Below, piece by piece: positions 1 through 9,661 of a stretch of 64,000 nt of DNA. The first letter of the stretch is position 1. Each line of letters opens with the position of its first letter. The translations under genes were made by a program, and so were the position numbers. Under the pieces are notes generated by a model that had not been told where the DNA came from, made no database searches, and saw nothing but the letters and a program-made list of their open reading frames with translations. The DNA comes from an uncultured Actinomycetes bacterium (GTDB lineage: Bacteria; Actinomycetota; Acidimicrobiia; Acidimicrobiales; CAVTQP01): assembly GCA_963736925.1 (NCBI GenBank), contig CAVTQP010000001.1:318324-382323 (forward strand), in the 5' to 3' direction.

Positions 1-595
1 GAGGTCTCACCGCGAGAAGAGTCAAGAACGAGAAGGCGGTCGCTCCGACGTCCACCCAGAAAGTCGTGGCCAGGCTCACCCGGTCGATGAGCAGTCCTGC
101 TATGGCCGGCCCCGCTACCAGTCCCAGGTTCATGAGGACCTGGTTGAGGGCTGCGGCGGCAGGGAACGAGTCGTGGCCGACCAACGAAGGGACTGCCGCG
201 TTTCGTGTGGGTAGGTCCAGCCCCTGAAAGCCGGCCCCGAGCGCGCTCATCAAGTAGACGATCCACAGCTGCGGACGATCCTGAACGGCGTTCAGGGCGA
301 GGCCCACGCTCGTGGCCGCCATCAGCACTTGTGCGATCAGCAACACTCTGCGTCGATCGAAAGCGTCAGCTATGACGCCACCCAGCAGTGAGACCACGAC
401 CAGTGGGACTAGATCGGCCAGACCGACCAGGCCCACTGCCAACGAGGAGTGGTTGCTCAAAGAGAAGACCTGAAAGGGCACGGCCACCACGGTGAGCTGG
501 TGGCCGAGGAAGGAGACGGCCTGGCCCTCGAAGAGGTGCCTGAAATCCTTGGACTCCTTGAGCGGGCTGATGTCGGCGATCAACCTTCGGGCCAT
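1..595 (-). CDS. MFS transporter (EntS/DHA3-like), 3' end runs off the window
   Basis: Manual translation from ATG 595: MARRLIADISPLKESKDFRHLFEGQAVSFLGHQLTVVAVPFQV...GGVIADAFDRRRVLL (MFS motif A). Absent from the ORF track because it is truncated. Confidence 0.9.
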   Translation of the reverse strand, partial: MARRLIADISPLKESKDFRHLFEGQAVSFLGHQLTVVAVPFQVFSLSNHSSLAVGLVGLADLVPLVVVSLLGGVIADAFDRRRVLLIAQVLMAATSVGLALNAVQDRPQLWIVYLMSALGAGFQGLDLPTRNAAVPSLVGHDSFPAAAALNQVLMNLGLVAGPAIAGLLIDRVSLATTFWVDVGATAFSFLTLLAVRP

Positions 596-682
596 CGCAG
601 GCGACGCTACAGGCGGCTCCTCATCCCTTGCCTGGGCCCGTTTTGGGCGTCCGCGGCGTTCTGGGCGGCGTGGGCGGCATGG

Positions 683-2956
683 TCATCGTCGGAGTCGTTG
701 GCACTGCCAGTGTGCGCGTTCAGCTCTCGGACCCGTCGCTCCAGGTGGATTAGCTCGGTTGAGAGCTGTGCCAGCCAGACGGAGAGCTCGAAGAGGTGGA
801 GGACCTGTGTCGGCGCTGTCCGGCTCCTTGGTATGCCGGAGGGCGTCTCGACAGTCGGCCGCAGCTCTATGGAGCTCGCCGGCCGACGCGCCCCTGTCGG
901 TTTGGGGGTGTCGAAGCCTTCTGAGCCTCAGGCTGGTAGCCAGGTCTTCGTAGCCGGTTGCCGCATCGTGTATGAGTGAGTCCATCGCCTTCACAAAGGC
1001 CGGGCAGAGGGTCCGGGAGCTCTCTCCGACCGGAGGGAACCTCCTTGCGATGTCTGCGCCGTACCAGAGGCGATGACCCCCGACTAGCAGGTCGGACCAG
1101 TCGGCGGGTGACCCGTCTGTACGCCTCGCCTCCGAGAGGAACTGCGCGAAGACATCTTCGGCGTGTACGCCGAGCTCGAAGGCTTGTGAACGACCGTCGT
1201 CACCTCTGGATGTGTCCGCCGGATCGGCGACGTCTTGCCTGGGGAGCAGCCTCTCCGCGGTTCGGGCGGCGTATGAGCTCGATGCTTCGATGAGGTCGGC
1301 CAGCGCCTTACGGAGCTGGCCGCCGGCGCCGCGGGGCCATATGACCGCCCCGATGACCAGGCCGGTAACAGCACCTACCGCAACGTCCTCGACCCTCACC
1401 AGACCCACCGACCATCCCGCGGGTTTGATGAGGTTGAACAGCACCACCACCACCAAGGTGAACAGCGCCTGAGCGGTCACGAAGTTCACCGCAGCGAGAA
1501 AGATGGCCCCCATTATGAGAAACGGGAGCAGGACCGGGTACACGACCGAGTTGGTACCGACTGTGACGATCAGTGCTGCGGAGGCCGCGAACCCAAAGCC
1601 CGTTCCGACTAGTGCTTGAATCGAGGTCGCCTCGGTGACCGTCGCGGTGGTTCGCAGGACGGTAAGCGTGGCGAAAACGACCCAGAAGCCGTGCTGCAGG
1701 TTGAGCCCACCCACGATCAGTCGGGCCACTGCGAGTCCCAGGGCCAGGCGAAGGCTGTTGCGGAAATGGACGGAATTCGGTCGAAGGTTGCTTCGCGCCC
1801 TTCGCCACCACTTCCCCAACGCGCTGACCTGACGCCCCCGGGGCGAGGCCACTACGGCTGGACCCACGAACTCACCCAGCTCTCCGGCCTTGGCTCGGAC
1901 CGCGAGCCTCGTGTGGATCAGACAGAGAAGCACGCCCTTGCCGAGCTCGCGTACCAGAAAGGCGCGCTCGAGGCGTTCGGCAAAACCGACCACATCGGAG
2001 CCTGTCAGCGCCAGCTCCGTCGTCAGCTCGTCGTCCGCGCGGGCTCGGAAGGCTGACAGCGCCTCGTGCAACTCGTGTGCCTCGGGTGGAGCCGCCTCCC
2101 CTCGAAGACAGCCGGCACACTCCTCGAGCACCGCGCCAAGCCGGTCGAGCAGCGCCAGCTCGTGGGGGCCCAAGGGGTCCTCGGACCGGTCGAGCCCGGC
2201 TCGGGCGAGCTGGCCGATGATGGATTCGAGACGCTCGCTGGCCTGCATCAGGTACATCTGCGCTATGTGAGGGCGCGTGGGCCCGCTCGGGCGGTTGGGG
2301 GAGTTGGCGAGGAACGACTGGGCCGACGAGAGAGCCTCTGAGAACCACTCCTTGGAGGCTCGAAGCGCGTCTTCTCTCGGCGTGCCCTGACCGGGGGTCG
2401 ACGAAAGGAGAGCGCGGAGCGTATCCAGCAAGCTGGCCAGTAGTTGACGGAAGTCCTCACCGTCCCGGCTGGGGAGGACCAGGAGGGAGGCCGACATCAC
2501 CAGGCCGCCCCCGAAGAGCACCCCTTCCAGACGGGGCTCGATGCTGTGCACCGAGGTGGGAATCCCCGAGGCGACGACATAGAACAGGATCACTGCGGTG
2601 GTTCCAGTGGCGAAGTACCCGCTGTACACGGCGCTGAAGGCCACGATGAAGACGATCAGGAACATCGCGATCGTGGCTCCCCACAGGCTCTGGGACACCC
2701 AGGTGCCCACGGCGACCAGTGCCAGTCCGGTCACAACCGAGACGAGGTTTGCCCAGCTACGAGCCCACGCCGACCCGCTGAAGTCGGCGATGCCGCCCAA
2801 AGCGATGACCGTGAAGGTCGCCATGACCGCGAACTGGGTGTCGCCGACCGCATAGAGGCCGATGAAGAAGGCGGCGCAGGAGCCAAGCGTGACGCGGATG
2901 GCCCGGCGGAAAGCCTGCTGCCGGGTAGGGCTCATACGCAAGGCGGCGGTTAACAC
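683..2956 (-). CDS. FUSC family membrane protein (aromatic acid exporter-like); possible frameshift near 810
   Basis: Two TM bundles separated by a helical region; FRNSLRLALGLAVA...HGFWVVFATLTVLR FUSC motif. Start may be ATG 2935. Confidence 0.85.
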   Translation of the reverse strand: MLTAALRMSPTRQQAFRRAIRVTLGSCAAFFIGLYAVGDTQFAVMATFTVIALGGIADFSGSAWARSWANLVSVVTGLALVAVGTWVSQSLWGATIAMFLIVFIVAFSAVYSGYFATGTTAVILFYVVASGIPTSVHSIEPRLEGVLFGGGLVMSASLLVLPSRDGEDFRQLLASLLDTLRALLSSTPGQGTPREDALRASKEWFSEALSSAQSFLANSPNRPSGPTRPHIAQMYLMQASERLESIIGQLARAGLDRSEDPLGPHELALLDRLGAVLEECAGCLRGEAAPPEAHELHEALSAFRARADDELTTELALTGSDVVGFAERLERAFLVRELGKGVLLCLIHTRLAVRAKAGELGEFVGPAVVASPRGRQVSALGKWWRRARSNLRPNSVHFRNSLRLALGLAVARLIVGGLNLQHGFWVVFATLTVLRTTATVTEATSIQALVGTGFGFAASAALIVTVGTNSVVYPVLLPFLIMGAIFLAAVNFVTAQALFTLVVVVLFNLIKPAGWSVGLVRVEDVAVGAVTGLVIGAVIWPRGAGGQLRKALADLIEASSSYAARTAERLLPRQDVADPADTSRGDDGRSQAFELGVHAEDVFAQFLSEARRTDGSPADWSDLLVGGHRLWYGADIARRFPPVGESSRTLCPAFVKAMDSLIHDAATGYEDLATSLRLRRLRHPQTDRGASAGELHRAAADCRDALRHTKEPDSADTGPPPLRALRLAGTALNRANPPGATGPRAERAHWQCQRLRR

Positions 2957-2987
2957 AGCGTTTATTTAACCGAAGCCGAGAGGAAAC
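2950..2987. promoter_or_regulatory. Possible GlnR-type box
   Basis: TTAAC-n6-TTTAT-n6-GAAGC-n6-GAAAC, 11-bp periodic, upstream of the transcription unit containing amt; only a partial match to gTnAc-n6-GaAAc. Confidence 0.35.
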
Positions 2988-3052
2988 ACCTCAACCTTAG
3001 TGTCCGGCGGTAGGCAGCCACAGTCCTTCCCAGGGCTGTCCAGGAGGAGCCA

Positions 3053-3547
3053 ATGCCCAGTGCCAAACGAAGGCAGCCCGCTAAGCCTGCACCTGTCCGC
3101 GGATCGCAGGATGCGAGCCCGACTGCCAAAGGTGGGATCGCAGAAGAGGGGAACGACCCCAGGTGCGTGCCACGTCCCGGGCCTCTGTCCGTCCGGCTGA
3201 ACGGCAACCAGCGGTTCATGAGCTACGGCGTCGCGGTCGGGGCGGCGGGTTCGTTCTTGGCGCTGTGGCTTCCAAACCTGCATCACAGGGTGGCGACGGG
3301 GGCGACCGGCATGAGCTATCTCATCATCGGTTTGTCGCTGGCGTCGATAATGGTCGCGGCGACAGCCTCGCGTAGGCGCATGTTGGCCGGTTTCGCCGCC
3401 CTGCTCCTCGCGGCCGCCCCGTGGGGACCGGAGCACTTCCTCCAGATCCTGGTCTTCGCCCTCGCACTCTGGCAGATGTTCCAGGTCGCGGCGCGAGCTC
3501 CGTGCGGTGAACGGACCGGGGGCCGCCAAGACAAGGACCAGACCTGA
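3053..3547 (+). CDS. Hypothetical membrane protein (about 4 TM)
   Basis: AGGAG RBS before ATG 3053; basic N-terminus followed by four hydrophobic segments. Confidence 0.7.
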   Translation: MPSAKRRQPAKPAPVRGSQDASPTAKGGIAEEGNDPRCVPRPGPLSVRLNGNQRFMSYGVAVGAAGSFLALWLPNLHHRVATGATGMSYLIIGLSLASIMVAATASRRRMLAGFAALLLAAAPWGPEHFLQILVFALALWQMFQVAARAPCGERTGGRQDKDQT

Positions 3548-3552
3548 ATCGT

Positions 3553-3588
3553 GGGTCGGCAGGGTCGGCAGGGTCGGCAGGGTCGGCA
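3553..3588 (+). repeat. Perfect tandem repeat (GGGTCGGCA)x4
   Basis: Read directly from the sequence; intergenic, upstream of amt. Confidence 0.95.
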
Positions 3589-3686
3589 CGTGGAACTCGA
3601 TCGCCTCGACCATCCAACACAGGAGCATCCAGCACAGTTAGTCGCGACCGTCAGATCCGAAACGACGAAAGGAAGGAGGGGGCAGC

Positions 3687-5225
3687 GTGCTTGCGGCACT
3701 GCATCCCTATGCAGGCTGGTTGAACTCGGGGGACAACGCGTGGCAGATGACGGCCGCGACCCTAGTTGGCCTGATGAGCATCCCCGGGCTGGCCGTTCTG
3801 TATGGCGGGCTGGTCCAGAAGAAGTGGGCGGTCAACACGATCATGATGACCTTCGCGGGCTTCGGAGTGGTGCTGATTGCCTGGTCGCTCTGGTCCTTCG
3901 ACATGGGCTTCGGGTCCCCGTGGGCGCACGGACCGGGGATACTCGGCAGCTTCATCGGCTCGCCGGGCGCCGTCGTGGGGCACCTGCAGGAGCAGGGGAG
4001 GGCCAACATCCCTCTGGTCAGCGGAGTCGGGGCTATGCCCCAGTTCCGCTTTCCCATGGCATCCCTCGTCTATTTCCAGTTCGTGTTCGCGGCCATTACG
4101 CCATTGCTGTTCCTCGGAAGCGTGCTGGGCCGCATGAATTTCAAGGCGTGGGTCCCTTTCGTCCTGCTGTGGAACACTTGCGTCTACACGGTCAATGCGT
4201 TCCTTCTGTGGGGAGGCGGCTACTGGGCGGCGAAGGGCGCCGTTGACTTCAGCGGTGGCTACGTCATCCATCTGGCTGCTGGCGTCTCGGGGTTCGTCGC
4301 CGCCGCCGTCGTCGGCCCGAGGCTGAAGCGAGACCGGGAGACCGCGGCCCCCAACAACCTGTTGCTGGTAGCCGTAGGTGCAGGAATCCTGTGGCTGGGT
4401 TGGAACGGGTTCAACGGCGGCGACCCGTACTTCGCCGGCGCCGACGCTTCGTCGGCGGTGATCAACACCAACATATGCACGGCGGCCGCGATGCTCAGCT
4501 GGGTGATATGGGACATGTTCAGTACGCGCAGGAAGGCATCCTTCGTGGGCGCCGTCAATGGCATGATCGTCGGCCTTGTCGCCATCACCCCAGCGGCTGG
4601 GTTCGTGAACGGCGCCGGGGCGATCTTCATCGGGATCATCGCGTCGAGCATCGTCTGGATGTCGATGAACCTGCTCGGGCATCGTGGCATCTTCAGAAGG
4701 GTGGACGACGCCATGGGAGTTGTCCACACGCACGGCGTGGCGGGCCTCTGCGGGGGGTTGCTGGTAGGCCTGTTCGCCGACCCCAACATGATCGAGTACC
4801 TGGGCGGTGCCAGCACCTCACCCTTTAGCGTCAAGGGACTGTTCTATGGTCACCCTTGGCAGTTCATGCTCCAGCTGTTTGCTGCCCTGACCGTGATCGT
4901 GTGGGACGCAGTGGTCACATTCATTCTCCTCAAGCTGATAGGGCTGTTCGTGCCCTTGCGCTACGACGACGCGGTCCTCGAGGTGGGGGACGCTGCGGTT
5001 CACGGGGAGATCCTCGGGGCGCCGGACGTACCTGAACCGGTACAACCTCTGCCGGAGGCCCCATTGGGCGACTACGCGCACATGCCCGTAGGCGCCGGGA
5101 GCTCTCGGGGCGGACCGTCGTCCCCGCTCGGCCCGTCCTCTCAGCCGGCCAGCAAGGTCGAGATGCCCACACCGGATCAGGGTTCGACGAGCGTCGGGCC
5201 CCATCCTCCTTTCGAAAGGCCTTAG
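3687..5225 (+). CDS. amt: Ammonium transporter (Amt/Mep family)
   Basis: DFSGGYVIH and HTHG twin-His motifs, FQFVFAAIT, WLGWNGFNGG; strong AGGAGG RBS. Confidence 0.97.
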   Translation: MLAALHPYAGWLNSGDNAWQMTAATLVGLMSIPGLAVLYGGLVQKKWAVNTIMMTFAGFGVVLIAWSLWSFDMGFGSPWAHGPGILGSFIGSPGAVVGHLQEQGRANIPLVSGVGAMPQFRFPMASLVYFQFVFAAITPLLFLGSVLGRMNFKAWVPFVLLWNTCVYTVNAFLLWGGGYWAAKGAVDFSGGYVIHLAAGVSGFVAAAVVGPRLKRDRETAAPNNLLLVAVGAGILWLGWNGFNGGDPYFAGADASSAVINTNICTAAAMLSWVIWDMFSTRRKASFVGAVNGMIVGLVAITPAAGFVNGAGAIFIGIIASSIVWMSMNLLGHRGIFRRVDDAMGVVHTHGVAGLCGGLLVGLFADPNMIEYLGGASTSPFSVKGLFYGHPWQFMLQLFAALTVIVWDAVVTFILLKLIGLFVPLRYDDAVLEVGDAAVHGEILGAPDVPEPVQPLPEAPLGDYAHMPVGAGSSRGGPSSPLGPSSQPASKVEMPTPDQGSTSVGPHPPFERP

Positions 5226-5291
5226 CCAGGCTCGGCAGCCGTGAGTGCCGAGGATCGAGCCCGGCGTTCCAAGCGCCGTCTCTAGTATTGG

Positions 5292-7211
5292 GTGGTGGCG
5301 GGGACACGCTATGACGTCTCGAAGGTGCCGCTTCAGGGGGCGTACGTGGCCAGGCGCTGTCCGGTCCGGACCCACAACGATCACACATCGGGCATAGACG
5401 ATCGGCGCCTCCAACCATCAGAGGCAGAGCTCCTATGGATGAGAGCAGGCTCCAGGTTCGAAGACGAGATCATGGCCCGGCTGCGCGAGCTTCACGGGGA
5501 CGCGCTCGTGGACGTGAGCGGCTCGACCCGGGAGGACTCCTGCGATCTCACCGCCCGGGCCATGGCGGGGGGAAGCCCGGTCATCGTGGGTGCACGGTTG
5601 GCCGACGCCTCCTCCAAGCGTGTCGGCCGGCCCGATCTCCTCGTCCGCGTAGGAGGCAAAATGGAGCCCGGCGCTCCCTCGCGCTACGTCCCCATCGACA
5701 TCAAGAGTCACCGTTGCCTCGAGCAGTCTCCACCTGGCGATTCACCGGCTCCTGTGGCTCTGGTGTCGGAGCTGGAGTGCCTTTGGCCCGAGGAGGCGGC
5801 AAGGAGGAGCGGCCGATCGTTACGCCCGAACAAGTCTGACGCCCTCCAGCTCGCTCACTATCAACGCCTACTCGAGGCCATCGGCGCCGCAACGGAGGGG
5901 CCGAGGTTGGCGGGTGTCATCGGGAGGGAGGGGCTGGTGGTCTGGTATGACCTCGCCGCCGCGATCTGGACCACCCCTTCGTCCGGCGGGCGCCGGAAGA
6001 AGCGAACCACCTTGGAGGCTTACGACTTCGAGTTTGATTTCCGACTCGACATAGCTGCTGTGGCGATGCGCGCCGACACCGACCCGTCGGTCGGTCCCCT
6101 CGTCGTGCCGGTGCGCATCTCGGAATGCCAGATCTGTCCGTGGCAGGCCTACTGCCGCGAGCAGATGGAAATCGCCGACGACGTGAGCCTCCTACCCCAC
6201 GTCGGGTGGCGTCAGCGCAAGGTTCACCTCGACCACGGTGTCACGACACGTGCGGAGCTGGCCGCACTGGACTGGCTAACAGCGAGGCTCGTGGCCGATG
6301 GCGTCGACGTTGCCTCTTTCATGGCCGAGGCGAGCGGGTCGGAGCGACAGAAGGCGGCAAGAGAGGTCCTTCCTGCCGCCCGCCACCGCCAAGCGTCAAA
6401 GCTGGAGGCCGCCGGCATCACCAGCGTGGCCGACGCCGAGAGGCTGTGTGCCAGGACGGCGCTGTACTCCTCGACCCGCTCGTCTCCCCGTCCGGTGGCT
6501 CTCCCCGACCAGATCGACCTGGCGAGGGTGGCGCTGTCGCGCGAGCCGGTGTTCCGCCGCCGGGGGGTAGAGAGGCTCGAGGTTCCCCGAGCCTCCATCG
6601 AGATAGACATCGACATGGAGAACAACGCCGACAACGGCGTCTACCTGTGGGGCGCGCTCGTCACCGATCTGTCGGGCCGACGGCTGCTGTCCGAGGGCTA
6701 CCACCCAGCCGTCTGCTGGGCAGAGCTCTCCCTCGAGAGGGAGGAGGATCTGCTCGTCGAGTTCTGGGGGTGGCTCTCGCGTCAGCGGTGCAGAGCCTCG
6801 GCGGCGGGAGCCTCGGTGCACGTCTACTGCTATAGCGAACCGGCGGAGAAGTCGAGGCTCCAGAAGTTGGCCCCCACGCCGAGCATCCGTCGAGAGGTGG
6901 ACGAGCTGGTTGCCTCCCAACAGTGGGTGGACATGCGCAAGGTGTTCGAGCGCCAGCTCCTGACCGGCAAGGGGACTGGGTTGAAAGAGACGGCGTCGCT
7001 GGCTGGCTTCGCGTGGACCTCGGCGGACGCGGGCGGGGGACAGTCGATGGTCCGCTACGAACAAGCGGTGCGAGGCCGTTCGGATGCCGCGCGTGCCGAA
7101 GCCCGCCGGTGGCTGCTCCGCTACAACGGCGACGACGTAGAGGCCACGCTGGCGTTGCGCAACTGGATGGAGAGGGCAGCTCCGCCATCGGTGGCAGAGC
7201 TCGGGCCGTGA
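5292..7211 (+). CDS. TM0106 family RecB/Cas4-like nuclease fused to an RNase H-like exonuclease
   Basis: PD-(D/E)xK motif (GRPDLL...IDIKS, QLAHY), CxxC-x5-C plus an N-terminal Cys, C-terminal DIDME and YNGDDV. Confidence 0.88.
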   Translation: MVAGTRYDVSKVPLQGAYVARRCPVRTHNDHTSGIDDRRLQPSEAELLWMRAGSRFEDEIMARLRELHGDALVDVSGSTREDSCDLTARAMAGGSPVIVGARLADASSKRVGRPDLLVRVGGKMEPGAPSRYVPIDIKSHRCLEQSPPGDSPAPVALVSELECLWPEEAARRSGRSLRPNKSDALQLAHYQRLLEAIGAATEGPRLAGVIGREGLVVWYDLAAAIWTTPSSGGRRKKRTTLEAYDFEFDFRLDIAAVAMRADTDPSVGPLVVPVRISECQICPWQAYCREQMEIADDVSLLPHVGWRQRKVHLDHGVTTRAELAALDWLTARLVADGVDVASFMAEASGSERQKAAREVLPAARHRQASKLEAAGITSVADAERLCARTALYSSTRSSPRPVALPDQIDLARVALSREPVFRRRGVERLEVPRASIEIDIDMENNADNGVYLWGALVTDLSGRRLLSEGYHPAVCWAELSLEREEDLLVEFWGWLSRQRCRASAAGASVHVYCYSEPAEKSRLQKLAPTPSIRREVDELVASQQWVDMRKVFERQLLTGKGTGLKETASLAGFAWTSADAGGGQSMVRYEQAVRGRSDAARAEARRWLLRYNGDDVEATLALRNWMERAAPPSVAELGP

Positions 7212-7279
7212 GGAGGTGACCTCTGGGTCGGAGTGAGTCCTTTCAGACCACAGCCGCCTTTCATGAGCTGCTCGAGGAG

Positions 7280-8290
7280 GTGTCAGGCCTCGACGCGCGC
7301 TTTCTCCGGGGCCCCAACGCGGTCGGTGACGACCAGTCGGTGCTCGAGGGATACAAGTGGATACCCTCGATCCTGCAGGTGGCCATGGATGCTTACGTGT
7401 GGGCCGACAAGGCAAGGCCGCGCTTCGTCGACATCGTGGGCCCCTACAAGAAATGGGGAGGCGACAACGCGGATGCTTACTACCAGTACGCGCCGATCGA
7501 CCCGCGTCGTACCTATCGCGTCCGGGGCAGGGTGGGCGACGCGGTGTACCTGTCTCTCACCGTCTACGGCGGGCCGGATGACGGACGCTATTCGGAGCGA
7601 ATCGTTGGGGCGGTCAACGGAGGAGATATGTTGATCTCTGAGGATGGCACCTTCGAGATCACCCTCAGCCCCGACGAGCACGGCAGACCTTGGGTCCAGC
7701 TCGAGCGGGACGCCGTGTGCGCAATCACGCGCGACTACCTGATCGATCCAGCGCGGGGCAGGAGGGTGGAATGGGAGATCGAGACCGAGGATGCTCCCGC
7801 TCGTTTCGGACAGGACGACGCGGACCTGGCACGGAGGTTTCGAGCGGCAGCTACTTGGGTGAGGGAGCAAGGCCAGATTGTTCCGGTCGCCCTGGGCGAC
7901 GCCAACACGGTTCAAGACCCTTACCCAGTGAGCGCTGTCACCTTCGGCTGGGCAGCCGGCGACGCCGCTTACGCTCCCGGCAGCTTCGAGCTCGCCCCTG
8001 GCGAGGCGCTGGTTCTCGAGGGGATCTCACCACGATGCGCGTTCTGGAACATGTGCCTTTGGAACCCGTTCCTCCACACCTACAACTATGACTACGAACG
8101 GGTCACCATCAACGGGCGCCAGGTGAGGTACGAGCCGGACGGGTCCTGGGTGATAGTCGTCGCTCAAGAAGATCCGGGACACCCCAACTGGGTCTCAACG
8201 GCGGGACACCAGAGGGGACGCATCTGGTTTCGCTGGTTCCTGCCGGAGTCCACCCCCTCTCGTCCCACCACACGCGTCGCCCGGCTGTAG
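7280..8290 (+). CDS. DUF1214 domain protein; true start probably near 7223-7233
   Basis: KKWGGDNADAYY, YLSLTVYGG, DPGHPNWVSTAGH; the frame stays open upstream to 7220 (FQTTAAFHELLEE). Confidence 0.85.
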   Translation: MSGLDARFLRGPNAVGDDQSVLEGYKWIPSILQVAMDAYVWADKARPRFVDIVGPYKKWGGDNADAYYQYAPIDPRRTYRVRGRVGDAVYLSLTVYGGPDDGRYSERIVGAVNGGDMLISEDGTFEITLSPDEHGRPWVQLERDAVCAITRDYLIDPARGRRVEWEIETEDAPARFGQDDADLARRFRAAATWVREQGQIVPVALGDANTVQDPYPVSAVTFGWAAGDAAYAPGSFELAPGEALVLEGISPRCAFWNMCLWNPFLHTYNYDYERVTINGRQVRYEPDGSWVIVVAQEDPGHPNWVSTAGHQRGRIWFRWFLPESTPSRPTTRVARL

Positions 8291-8309
8291 GACCGCTGCT
8301 GCAGGTTCC

Positions 8310-9623
8310 TCACCCCGAGCCCGGGGACTCCGTCTGGACCTTGAAACGGCTCACGTAGAAGTCGAGAGCGTTTCTCCGTTCCTGGTAGTCGAGCCCGAAG
8401 TCGACGAGATCGTACCTGACCCGTCCATGGCGTCCTCTCGGGTGCTCGCGTGCAAACCTTTCCATGGCCATGCGGGCGTCCGGCGACATCGGCTGCCCCG
8501 CGGCCGAATACACCGCCTCGACCGTGGCCATGTCCTCAGCCATGAAGTCGTGGAACAAGACGTCCGACGAGTGGCTTTCCGGCAGCAGATGGCGGTCCCT
8601 GACGCACGCCCTCAGCATGTCGACAATGCGATCAGCCCAGTAGTGACCGATCGTTGCCGGGTCGACGGACGCGACAGAAAGCCTGGCCGTGTAGGCACTC
8701 ATCGTCGCCAGTGACGCGGTGATGGCCACGGGATCGCGATGGGTAACGACGACCGTGGCGTCTGGAAATGTTGACAGTAGGGCCGGGAACTGCTCGAGAT
8801 GCTGGGGAGATTTGAGGACCCATCGGGTGCCGCCCCTGGACCACTGCAGCACCTTCAAGACCGTGGCGAGGTACTGGTAATAAGGGATCTGGTCTGTGAC
8901 CTTGTACCAGTCGCGCCAGCTGGGCATGACAGCCATGGTCTCGAACAACATTGTCGAGAACCCGATCGCCAGCAGTTGGATCTCCTCGTGCACGTGCCAT
9001 GTGGTCATCTCGTGCATCCGCTTGAAGTAGGGCATCGCCTCGTTGAGGAGGGCCAGTGCCCTTTCTGTCCGTTCCAGGCGGGGATCAGGCTCACCTGGTC
9101 GAGGCCGCTCGGCGTCTGCGAGCACGGGCTCGTTGCTCTCCCAGTATGGAAGGGAACGCAACGACGGGTCGGACGAGATCAGGTTGTGCAGGTGCGTGGT
9201 TCCGGTGCGCGGAAGTCCCGCGATGATGATCGGCCTTTGGATCTGGACATCGTGGATCTCCGGGTGCCTCCTCAGGACGTCCTGGATGAGGAGGCGGTTC
9301 TTGAGGAGCTGCACCAACCTCTGCTGAGCGCTCACCCGGCCCAGAGCGCTGAGGCCCGCCTCGCTTTTCAAGGCGGAGGTGAGCACCTCCAGCGGTTCGC
9401 GGAAGATGTCGTCGCCGAAATCAGAGAGTCGGGTCTCCGCCTCCGCCTGGGACATGAGCTCTGCGGGTGAGAGGCTCGCCTGGTCAGCGACCGCTTCACA
9501 GGCGACGGCCATCTCCTGGACGGCCGGAGGCAGATGTGGCCGACCGAGATCGTCGATGTGTATCGCCGGCTCGATTGGCACGCTCAACCTGGGCGGCTCA
9601 TCCGCTCGCACCGCCTCACCCAT
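8310..9623 (-). CDS. PAPS-dependent sulfotransferase (Sulfotransfer_3 type)
   Basis: GLPRTGTTHL (5'-PSB loop), WVLKSPQH, THRDP (3'-PB). Confidence 0.92.
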   Translation of the reverse strand: MGEAVRADEPPRLSVPIEPAIHIDDLGRPHLPPAVQEMAVACEAVADQASLSPAELMSQAEAETRLSDFGDDIFREPLEVLTSALKSEAGLSALGRVSAQQRLVQLLKNRLLIQDVLRRHPEIHDVQIQRPIIIAGLPRTGTTHLHNLISSDPSLRSLPYWESNEPVLADAERPRPGEPDPRLERTERALALLNEAMPYFKRMHEMTTWHVHEEIQLLAIGFSTMLFETMAVMPSWRDWYKVTDQIPYYQYLATVLKVLQWSRGGTRWVLKSPQHLEQFPALLSTFPDATVVVTHRDPVAITASLATMSAYTARLSVASVDPATIGHYWADRIVDMLRACVRDRHLLPESHSSDVLFHDFMAEDMATVEAVYSAAGQPMSPDARMAMERFAREHPRGRHGRVRYDLVDFGLDYQERRNALDFYVSRFKVQTESPGSG

Positions 9624-9661
9624 TCTCCTTGGCTGTCACCTGCCTCGCTGTGTGCGTCGGC

